From NCBI GenBank assembly GCA_944323575.1, contig CALUTB010000002.1:689-64688 (forward strand): 64,000 nt of DNA, written 5' to 3'. Both the position numbers and the translations under genes were made by a program. The notes under the pieces are model-generated. The model was given only the letters and a program-made list of their open reading frames with translations. It did no database searches and was not told where the DNA came from. The DNA is from an uncultured Mailhella sp. GTDB lineage: Bacteria > Desulfobacterota > Desulfovibrionia > Desulfovibrionales > Desulfovibrionaceae. Below, in pieces: positions 9,634-17,094 of this stretch (position 1 is its first letter; the number at the start of each line of letters is the position of its first letter).

Positions 9634-11154
9634 ATGGTGGTACGGCTCTCCTGCGGAGCGATTTTGGGAGTGGATGCCTTCCGGGTCGATCTGGAGGTGG
9701 ACTACACCCGTCAGGGTATGCCATCGTTCGTCATGGTGGGACTTGCCGAAGGAGCGGTGCGGGAAGCGCGGGAGCGGGTGCTCAAGGCTCTGCAGAACTC
9801 TTCGTTCAGACTTGCGCCCGGTCGCATCACGGTCAATCTTGCACCTGCCGATCGACGCAAGGAAGGCACGGCCTATGATCTGCCGCTGGCGCTGGGACTT
9901 CTGGCCTCCTCCGGAAGTCTGCCTGCAGACAGTCTGAACGGCTGGTTCTTTGCCGCGGAACTGTCTCTGGACGGCAGACTCAAGCCCGTGCCCGGAGTGC
10001 TTCCACTTGCGCTTCTGGCACGGGAGCAGGGCGCAAGAGGAGTGATGGTCGCTCCGCAGAACGCGCAGGAGGCCGCCGTGGTCGAGGGGATCGACGTCAT
10101 GGCACCGCATACGCTTGCAGAGGCGGCGGCGTTTCTGATCGGAGAGACGGAGCTGAGCGCCGTACAGCCTCTTCCGGTTTTTCCGGAAGAGGAAAACTTT
10201 CCGGATCTGGCGGATGTCAGAGGACAGGAAAAGGCCAAGCGTGCCATGGAGATCGCCGCTGCGGGCGCGCACAATCTTCTTTTCATCGGCCCTCCCGGCA
10301 GCGGCAAGACCATGCTGGCCAGACGCATGCCCGGCATATTGCCGCCGCTTGAGCCGGAAGAGGCGCTGGAAGTGACCAGAATCTACAGCGTGGCCCGTAT
10401 GCTGGACGGACGCGGTCTCGTCACGAGTCGTCCTTTCCGTACGCCCCATCACAGCGATTCCAGCGTGGCGCTCATCGGCGGGGGCGTGCCTCCGCATCCC
10501 GGAGAGGTCAGTCTCGCCCACAGAGGCGTACTCTTTCTCGACGAACTGCCGGAATTTCAGAGACAGGCTCTTGAAGTGCTGCGTCAGCCGCTGGAGCAGG
10601 GCCGGGTCTTCATTTCCCGCGCCGCCTATGCGGTATCCTATCCTGCGGACTTCATGCTGCTTGCGGCCATGAATCCCTGTCCCTGCGGTTACAGTACTGA
10701 TCCGCGTCACGAATGCACCTGTTCCGCACAGGCCGTGGCCCGTTATCGCGCCAGACTCTCAGGCCCGCTTCTGGACCGCATCGATCTTCATGTGGAGGTG
10801 CCGGCCGTCTCCTATGAGCAGATGCGCGTCGGCCGATCCGGTCCGACGTCCGCAGAGGTCAGGGAGCGGGTCGCCCGGGCGAGGGACATACAGCGTGAGC
10901 GGTTCCGGGGCACGGACTGCCGTACCAACGCCGATCTGTCCGGCAGGCTGCTTGACGAATGCTGCCGTCTGGGAGAACAGGAACACGCTTTTCTCGGCAA
11001 CGCCGTGGAGGCTCTGTCGCTTTCGGCCAGAGCCTGCACCCGCATTCTCCGGGTGTCGAGAACCATCGCCGATCTTGATGGTGCGCAGAACATAGCGCTT
11101 CCGCATCTGGCGGAGGCCGTCAGCTGCCGCATCCTCGACAGGAGGCTGTCATGA
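9634..11154 (+). CDS. YifB/ComM family Mg-chelatase-like AAA+ ATPase
   Basis: 506-aa ORF with a Lon-protease-like N-terminal domain, Walker A GPPGSGKTMLARR, GVLFLDELPEF, and a C-terminal ChlI-like region. Confidence 0.9.
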   Translation: MVVRLSCGAILGVDAFRVDLEVDYTRQGMPSFVMVGLAEGAVREARERVLKALQNSSFRLAPGRITVNLAPADRRKEGTAYDLPLALGLLASSGSLPADSLNGWFFAAELSLDGRLKPVPGVLPLALLAREQGARGVMVAPQNAQEAAVVEGIDVMAPHTLAEAAAFLIGETELSAVQPLPVFPEEENFPDLADVRGQEKAKRAMEIAAAGAHNLLFIGPPGSGKTMLARRMPGILPPLEPEEALEVTRIYSVARMLDGRGLVTSRPFRTPHHSDSSVALIGGGVPPHPGEVSLAHRGVLFLDELPEFQRQALEVLRQPLEQGRVFISRAAYAVSYPADFMLLAAMNPCPCGYSTDPRHECTCSAQAVARYRARLSGPLLDRIDLHVEVPAVSYEQMRVGRSGPTSAEVRERVARARDIQRERFRGTDCRTNADLSGRLLDECCRLGEQEHAFLGNAVEALSLSARACTRILRVSRTIADLDGAQNIALPHLAEAVSCRILDRRLS

Positions 11155-12830
11155 CGTTTTCCCTGCGTGCCTGCGCACTCTGTGCGGCGGCTTCGCTGGC
11201 GCTTTTTCTGGGAACGCCCAATCCATTTTTCCATGTGCCCTTCGCCGTACTGGGATATCCGGCGGCGCTCTATGTTGCGGCCGGGGGAAGAACGCCGTTC
11301 CGGACGGGCTGGTGCGCGGGCATTGCCGGAGCAGCGGCGGCGCTCTACTGGATAGCCGTGGCCGCGCATAAGTACGGCTGTTTTCCCTGGGGCATGGCCG
11401 TACCCTGTTCCGTGCTGCTCGGCATGTACGTGGCACTCTGGGGCGGTCTGTTCAGCTGGGGCGTCGCACGGATGAGCGCGTTTTCCCCGTGGCGGCGCAG
11501 CGCGGCTGCGGGCGTGCTGTGGTTTCTTCTGGAATGGACGCGGGGATGGTTCGGCACGGGGTTTCCCTGGCTGACGCTCTCTTCCGGACTGGCCGCGTGG
11601 CCCGTGCTCATGCAGCCTCTGAGCGTACTCGGCGAATACGGTTTTTCCGGCCTTCTGGCTGCGGAGGCATGTCTGGCATGTGATGGCGTCTTTGCCCTGT
11701 TTTTTTTAGGGGTACGGCGGCCGCCGAGAGCTACTCTGTTTCCCTACACGATGCTCTTCCGGTCTATGATCGCTTTCGGAGCGTGGCGTCTTGCCGTCGT
11801 GCCCGAAAGGATGGCCGCGGAGGGCACGCCCGTATCGCTGCTCATGGTACAGGGCAGCGTCCGGCAGGACGTGAAATGGTCGCCTGAGTATCAGCGACAG
11901 ACGCTGGAGCGCTATGTGCGGCTCAGCATCGACGGCGTGCGTTCCGACGTGAACGCTCTTGCCTCCGCTGCGTCTTTCGGTCCTTCGGCCGCGGAGATCG
12001 CCGCGTCGGTGGGAACATCCGATGCGCAGAACGATGCCGTGCGCGCTCCTGCGCTGCCCGATCTTCTCATCTGGCCGGAAACTGCCATGCCCTTCGCTTA
12101 TCCGGAAGGTCCGCTTTCCGGGGAACTGCGCGCCTTTGTCCGCGAGGCGGGCATTCCGCTTCTGTTCGGCGCTCCCGGCACGGAGCATCTTTCGGACGGA
12201 AGAACGCTTCTGTACAATCGTGCCTTTCTGCTTTCGCCTGAAGGGGAGGAATCCTTTTACGACAAGGAACATCTTGTCCCGTTCGGTGAATATCTGCCGC
12301 CGGTGCTGAACTGGAAGATCTTTGAGGGATTGCTTCAGGGGCTCGGAGGCTTCGAACCGGGAACGCAGGAGCATCTTTTTTCCCTGCGTACGGCGGACGG
12401 CAGGAAGGCGGACCTCGGCATGCTCATCTGCTACGAGGGCATTTTTCCGGAGCTGGCCCGTCGGCGTGTGGCCGACGGCGCCGGACTTCTCGTGAACATC
12501 AGCAACGACGCGTGGTACGACTACACGTCCGCCCCGGTTCAGCATCTTCAGCTTGCGCTCATGCGCGCGGTGGAACAGGGGCGCTTCATGGCCCGCGCCA
12601 CCAACAGCGGCATCACGGCAGTGCTCGATCCTCTGGGAGGCATCCATCCCATGGGATCCGAACAGAACGGATACGCGCTTTTCACGCCCGGCAGTCTTTC
12701 CGCGTCGACGCTTGCCTTGCAGGGGCATACGCCTTACTTTTATCTTCATCCGTGGCTGCCCGCCGCGGGGCTTGCACTTTTTCTTCTGCTGTGCCTTCCC
12801 GTCCTGCGGCGTACCCGCAGGACGCGCTGA
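11151..12830 (+). CDS. lnt: Apolipoprotein N-acyltransferase. The ORF contains an adapter-like insert; see findings.
   Basis: 559-aa ORF with a multi-TM N-terminal half and a CN-hydrolase domain (LLMVQGSVRQDVKW, LLIWPETA, ICYEGIFPE, NISNDAWY). Its ATG overlaps the previous stop (ATGA). Confidence 0.85.
   Translation: MTFSLRACALCAAASLALFLGTPNPFFHVPFAVLGYPAALYVAAGGRTPFRTGWCAGIAGAAAALYWIAVAAHKYGCFPWGMAVPCSVLLGMYVALWGGLFSWGVARMSAFSPWRRSAAAGVLWFLLEWTRGWFGTGFPWLTLSSGLAAWPVLMQPLSVLGEYGFSGLLAAEACLACDGVFALFFLGVRRPPRATLFPYTMLFRSMIAFGAWRLAVVPERMAAEGTPVSLLMVQGSVRQDVKWSPEYQRQTLERYVRLSIDGVRSDVNALASAASFGPSAAEIAASVGTSDAQNDAVRAPALPDLLIWPETAMPFAYPEGPLSGELRAFVREAGIPLLFGAPGTEHLSDGRTLLYNRAFLLSPEGEESFYDKEHLVPFGEYLPPVLNWKIFEGLLQGLGGFEPGTQEHLFSLRTADGRKADLGMLICYEGIFPELARRRVADGAGLLVNISNDAWYDYTSAPVQHLQLALMRAVEQGRFMARATNSGITAVLDPLGGIHPMGSEQNGYALFTPGSLSASTLALQGHTPYFYLHPWLPAAGLALFLLLCLPVLRRTRRTR
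11711..11765 (+). other. Illumina TruSeq universal (P5) adapter-like sequence embedded in lnt
   Basis: Ungapped comparison of GGTACGGCGGCCGCCGAGAGCTACTCTGTTTCCCTACACGATGCTCTTCCGGTCT with the adapter GATACGGCGACCACCGAGATCTACACTCTTTCCCTACACGACGCTCTTCCGATCT gives 47/55 identities. It translates as VRRPPRATLFPYTMLFRS. Confidence 0.8.
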
Positions 12831-12890
12831 CGGACGGGCAGACTCATCATCCGCATTCCTGCGGCAATACCTAAAAAAGGATACGTCATC

Positions 12891-14004
12891 ATGCTTCAGT
12901 TGGCCGAACTTCGTTCCCGCTGCAACAGCCTTGCCGAACAATTCAATTCTCTCTGGGGGCGTCTTTGACCTGCCCTCGCGGGAGGCGCGTCTTGAAGAAA
13001 TAGAAAAGATCATCTCCAGTCCCGACGCATGGTCCGATCAGGAAAAGCTGACGCCGGTGCTCAAGGAAAAGAGCCGTCTCGAAGCCGAGGTCGCCCGCTT
13101 CCGTGAACTCAGGCAGAGTTATGAGGAAATGGAGGAATGGCTCGGCTTTGTTTCCGACGGAGAAGAAGAGGCGATGGAAACGCTGAACGAGCAGACGAAC
13201 CTGCTGGAGGAGATGCTCAAGGAAACGGAGATGACCGTTCTGCTCAGCGGAGAAGCCGATCATATGGATGCCCTTTTGGACATTCATCCCGGCGCCGGCG
13301 GCACCGAAGCCCAGGACTGGGCTGAAATGCTGGAACGCATGTATCTGCGCTGGGCCGAGTCACATCACATCAAGGCCGAGATCGTGGACTTTCTCCCCGG
13401 CGAAGAAGCGGGCATCAAGGCGGTCACCATCAGACTGCAGGGCGAGAACGCCTACGGCATGCTCAAGGGCGAGAAGGGCATACATCGACTCATCCGGATT
13501 TCTCCCTACGATGCGTCGGGACGCAGGCATACCTCCTTTGCCTCGGTGGATCTTATTCCCGATGCCGGTGAGGTGTCGACTATCGAGATTAAGGAAAGCG
13601 ATCTGCGCATCGACGTGTATCGTGCCTCGGGCGCGGGCGGCCAGCACGTCAACAAGACCGAGTCGGCCGTGCGCATCACGCACATTCCGACCGGCATCGT
13701 GGCGCAGTGTCAGAACGAGCGCTCGCAGCAGAGCAACCGTGAAAGTGCCATGCGCGTGCTCAGGGCGCGTCTGTACGCCTATGAGCAGAGCAAGCGCGAC
13801 GCCGCCCGTCAGGCGGATTATGCGGGCAAGGATGCCATTGCCTTCGGCAGTCAGATCCGTACCTACACGCTTCAGCCCTACCGTCTGGTCAAAGATCACC
13901 GCACCGGTTCCGAGTGCGGCGATGTGGACGCCGTGCTCAACGGACGCATTGATGATTTTCTGCGTGACTATCTTCTCTGGCAGCATGAGCGCAGTCGCGG
14001 ATAG
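12891..14004 (+). CDS. prfB: Peptide chain release factor 2, requiring a programmed +1 frameshift: join(12891..12965,12967..14004)
   Basis: Frame 0 reads [25 protein letters not shown] and then hits TGA at 12966. The +1 frame continues [73 protein letters not shown] (GGQ motif). The track ORF 12553..14004 is this downstream frame with a spurious 5' extension overlapping lnt. Confidence 0.9.
12954..12969 (+). other. prfB +1 ribosomal frameshift site (SD-like GGGGG, then CTT TGA C)
   Basis: TGG GGG CGT CTT TGA C, with in-frame TGA at 12966-12968. This matches the canonical RF2 autoregulatory site. Confidence 0.9.
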
Positions 14005-14019
14005 ATTTGCCGTTTTCCC

Positions 14020-14048
14020 TTGCAAGGCAATGGATTTAGAGTTATAAT
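14020..14048 (+). promoter_or_regulatory. Near-consensus sigma70-type promoter upstream of the IHF-like gene
   Basis: TTGCAA (14020-14025), a 17-nt spacer, then TATAAT (14043-14048), about 110 nt upstream of the ATG at 14158. Confidence 0.55.
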
Positions 14049-14157
14049 GTCTTATCTTATGTGATGTGAGCTTTCAAGAGGGATTTTCCCCGACCATAAT
14101 CCTTCTCCCTGTGCCGGGCAGGGCACGGCAGGGGGAGTACCGTATGACGGAGATGTC

Positions 14158-14433
14158 ATGAACAAGAGTGAACTGATCAAGAATCTTGCCGAACAGTCCA
14201 ATGTGTCGCTGGATGAGGCCACCCTTGTGGTCAACACGTTCGTGGATTGCATGAAAGAGGCTCTTCTTGCCGGCGATCGTGTGGAAATCCGCGGGTTCGG
14301 CAGTTTCAAGGTTAAAGAATACGGTTCCTACGCGGGGCGCAATCCCCGCACGGGCGACCGGGTGGAAGTCAGCCCCAAGCGTCTTCCTTTCTTCCGTGCC
14401 GGCAAGGAACTTAAGGAATTCCTCAACGATTAG
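14158..14433 (+). CDS. HU/IHF-family DNA-binding protein (IHF-beta-like)
   Basis: 91-aa ORF: MNKSELIKNLAEQ..DRVEIRGFGSFKVKEY..GRNPRTGDRVEV..FRAGKELKE. Confidence 0.9.
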   Translation: MNKSELIKNLAEQSNVSLDEATLVVNTFVDCMKEALLAGDRVEIRGFGSFKVKEYGSYAGRNPRTGDRVEVSPKRLPFFRAGKELKEFLND

Positions 14434-14461
14434 ACATCTCCGGTATCATGAAGCGGACATG

Positions 14462-14490
14462 AAGAGGCAGGTTCGAAGAACCTGCCTCTT
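14462..14490 (+). terminator. Hairpin terminator after the IHF-like gene
   Basis: AAGAGGCAGGTTC-gaa-GAACCTGCCTCTT (13-bp perfect stem) followed by TCGTG. The U-tract is weak. Confidence 0.55.
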
Positions 14491-14595
14491 TCGTGCCCGG
14501 CGAACGGATTTTGCAGGGGAAGATGCGGCCGGAAGAGCAGCTTTTTCCTTGAGATTGCCCTCGTTGTCGCGTAGATTCACCCAACGGAAAGAAGG

Positions 14596-15396
14596 ATGGA
14601 ACTTATGTCGCTCATGCGTTTTGTATCGTGGAACGTCAACGGCTTCCGTGCCGTCAGCAAAAAGGCGGACTGGGAGTGGTTTTCCCGTGTACAGGCCGAT
14701 GTCGTCGGTCTTCAGGAGACCAAGGCTTCTCCCGAGCAGCTCTCCGAAGAACAGCGCCGCCCCGAAGGATGGCATGCCTGGTGGTCTGCATCCACGGTGA
14801 AGAAGGGGTATTCGGGCGTGGCCGTGTTCAGCCGCCGAGAGCCGCTCCGCGTGGAGCAGGAGCTGCCGGATCCCGACTATCACGGCGAGGGACGCGTGCT
14901 CCATCTGGAGTTTCCCGAACTGCATTTTTTCAACATCTACTTTCCCAACGGAGGAGAGGAGGTGTCGAAGGGCGTATTCCGCCGGGTACCGTACAAGATG
15001 GGCTTTTTCAATGCCTTTTTCGAATATGCGGAGGAGTTGCGGCAGGATAAGCCCATCGTGGTGTGCGGGGACTTCAACATTTCCCACAGAGAGATCGATC
15101 TGGCCAGACCGAAGGAAAACGTGTTCAATACCGGCTTTCTACCGGAAGAGCGTGCGTGGATGGATGCCTTTGTGCAGGCCGGATACGTGGACACCTTCCG
15201 TCACGTGCACGGCGATGTGGAAGGCGCCTACAGCTGGTGGTCCTACAAGACCCGTGCCAGAGAGCGCAACATCGGATGGCGTCTGGACTATTTCTTTGTA
15301 TCGGAAGAGCTGAAGAACAATATCCGCGACGCCTGGATTGAAAACGACGTCTACGGTTCCGACCATTGTCCCGTGGGGCTGGCGCTGGAATTGTAG
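14596..15396 (+). CDS. xth: Exodeoxyribonuclease III
   Basis: 266-aa ORF: MRFVSWNVNGFRA..LQETK..NIYFPNGG..VCGDFNISH..WSY..GWRLDY..SDHCPV. The start may be one of the ATGs at 14596, 14605 or 14614. Confidence 0.9.
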   Translation: MELMSLMRFVSWNVNGFRAVSKKADWEWFSRVQADVVGLQETKASPEQLSEEQRRPEGWHAWWSASTVKKGYSGVAVFSRREPLRVEQELPDPDYHGEGRVLHLEFPELHFFNIYFPNGGEEVSKGVFRRVPYKMGFFNAFFEYAEELRQDKPIVVCGDFNISHREIDLARPKENVFNTGFLPEERAWMDAFVQAGYVDTFRHVHGDVEGAYSWWSYKTRARERNIGWRLDYFFVSEELKNNIRDAWIENDVYGSDHCPVGLALEL

Positions 15397-15599
15397 ACGG
15401 GGAAGGGCCGGTGTTTCCGGTCATGGAAGGACACGGCGCGGATAGGACGCTGGACAGAGCGCGGATATCGCCGGAAGCGTTTTCGGACGACGGTCTCTCC
15501 GTTGTCGGCAGAGGCGTCTCCGCCTGCGGGGAACATGGGCATGATCGGAACGGAGGATCCCGGGTACAAAAAAAGCCCCGAAGAATCGAGGCGGAAATA

Positions 15600-15676
15600 T
15601 GGGGCGAATAACAGGGTTTGAACCTGCGACCCCCTGGGCCACAACCAGGTGCTCTGCCAACTGAGCTATATTCGCC
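15600..15676 (-). tRNA. tRNA-His (anticodon GUG) with encoded G-1 and 3' CCA
   Basis: Reverse complement: GGCGAATATAGCTCAGTTGGCAGAGCACCTGGTTGTGGCCCAGGGGGTCGCAGGTTCAAACCCTGTTATTCGCCCCA. It folds by hand into a cloverleaf: acceptor GCGAATA/TATTCGC, D stem GCTC/GAGC, anticodon stem CCTGG/CCAGG with loop TTGTGGC, and T stem GCAGG/CCTGT with TTCAAAC. Confidence 0.95.
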
Positions 15677-15746
15677 GTGCAGGAAGAGTAATTATTCGAT
15701 TGCCGAAGAATAGTCAAGTATTTTTTTCTCATCCCGGAGGAAGAGT

Positions 15747-17009
15747 TTGGACAGTTTTCTCATAGAGGGCGGCGTGCCGCTCAGGGGCGTCATAGAGGTC
15801 AGCGGTTCCAAGAATGCCGCACTGCCGATCATCATGGCGTCCATTGCCGTGGACGATGTCGTGACCTATACCAATGTTCCGGATCTGCGGGACATCCATA
15901 CCACCATACGGCTGCTCAATATTCTGGGACGCGAGGCGTCGCTCGAAAACGGCGTGGTCACGGTACGGAACGGCGTTCTCGGCATGGAGGCGCCGTATGA
16001 TCTCGTGAAGACCATGCGGGCGTCCGTGCTCTGCCTGGGACCGCTTCTGGCGCGGCTCGGAGAGGCCAAGGTTTCGCTGCCCGGCGGGTGCGCCATAGGA
16101 GCCAGACCCGTGGATCAGCATCTTTTCGCTCTGGAGAAGATGGGAACGGTCTTTGATCTGGAAAACGGCTACATTCACGGCCGCTGTCCCCGCGGACTGC
16201 GGGGCGCGCACATCCGCTTCGACATGCCCACCGTGGGAGGGACGGAAAACGTGCTCATGGCCGCATGCCTTGCGCAGGGAGAAACCGTGCTTGAGAACGT
16301 GGCAAGAGAGCCGGAAATCGTGGATCTGGCCAATTTCCTCATACGCTGCGGGGCCAAGATCGAAGGGCAGGGCAGCACCATGATCCGCGTACAGGGCGTG
16401 GAGAGTCTTCACGGCTGCACTTATGCCGTCATGCCGGACCGCATCGAGGCGGGGACCTTTCTGGTGGCCGCAGGCGTGACCGGAGGCGAGCTTCTGCTGA
16501 AGAACTGTCCTTTGGACGATATGTCCGCTGTTGTGGACAAGCTGCGCGATGCGGGCATGATCATAGAAAAGACGGAGGACGGCGTGCTGGCCCGTACGGG
16601 CGAGGAAGGTTTGAAGGGCGTGAACATCAGCACGCGTCCGCATCCCGGTTTTCCCACGGACATGCAGGCGCAGTTCATGGTGCTCATGTGCTGTGCGCAA
16701 GGTTCGGGTTTGGTGGAGGAGAACATCTTCGAGAACCGCTTCATGCACGTACAGGAGCTTGTCCGCATGGGGGCGGACATCCATGTGACCGGTTCCTCGG
16801 CCATGGTCCGCGGCGGACGCAGGCTTGCCGGAGCGCCGGTCATGGCGTCCGATCTGCGTGCCGGCGCGGCGCTCGTGCTGGCCGGACTCGCGGCGGAAGG
16901 CGAGACACGCGTGCAGCGCATCTATCATGTGGACAGAGGATATGAGCGTCTGGCGGACAAGCTTTCGGCCGTGGGAGCGTGCATCCGTCGGATAAAGGAT
17001 CCAGGTTAG
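15747..17009 (+). CDS. murA: UDP-N-acetylglucosamine 1-carboxyvinyltransferase
   Basis: 420-aa ORF with TTG start and GGAGG 6 nt upstream: [51 protein letters not shown]. Confidence 0.9.
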   Translation: MDSFLIEGGVPLRGVIEVSGSKNAALPIIMASIAVDDVVTYTNVPDLRDIHTTIRLLNILGREASLENGVVTVRNGVLGMEAPYDLVKTMRASVLCLGPLLARLGEAKVSLPGGCAIGARPVDQHLFALEKMGTVFDLENGYIHGRCPRGLRGAHIRFDMPTVGGTENVLMAACLAQGETVLENVAREPEIVDLANFLIRCGAKIEGQGSTMIRVQGVESLHGCTYAVMPDRIEAGTFLVAAGVTGGELLLKNCPLDDMSAVVDKLRDAGMIIEKTEDGVLARTGEEGLKGVNISTRPHPGFPTDMQAQFMVLMCCAQGSGLVEENIFENRFMHVQELVRMGADIHVTGSSAMVRGGRRLAGAPVMASDLRAGAALVLAGLAAEGETRVQRIYHVDRGYERLADKLSAVGACIRRIKDPG

Positions 17010-17094
17010 CGGCCTGTCCACGGGCGGCATGCATCCGTGCCGCCCGTGCTGAAACAACAGCAACTTCCCCTCCCGTACATACAGGTACTGAGCC

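Noticed and set aside
12553-12890. N-terminal extensions of track ORFs. Examples: prfB 12553, amidohydrolase 37364, corA 48942, hydrogenase protease 20662, upp 25694, trmFO 51794, EVE 54925, NlpC/P60 47482 and TPR 58331.
   Set aside because: The extensions are Arg/Pro/Ser-rich and overlap upstream genes or terminators. They precede internal start codons that have proper Shine-Dalgarno sequences and give family-typical N-termini and lengths.
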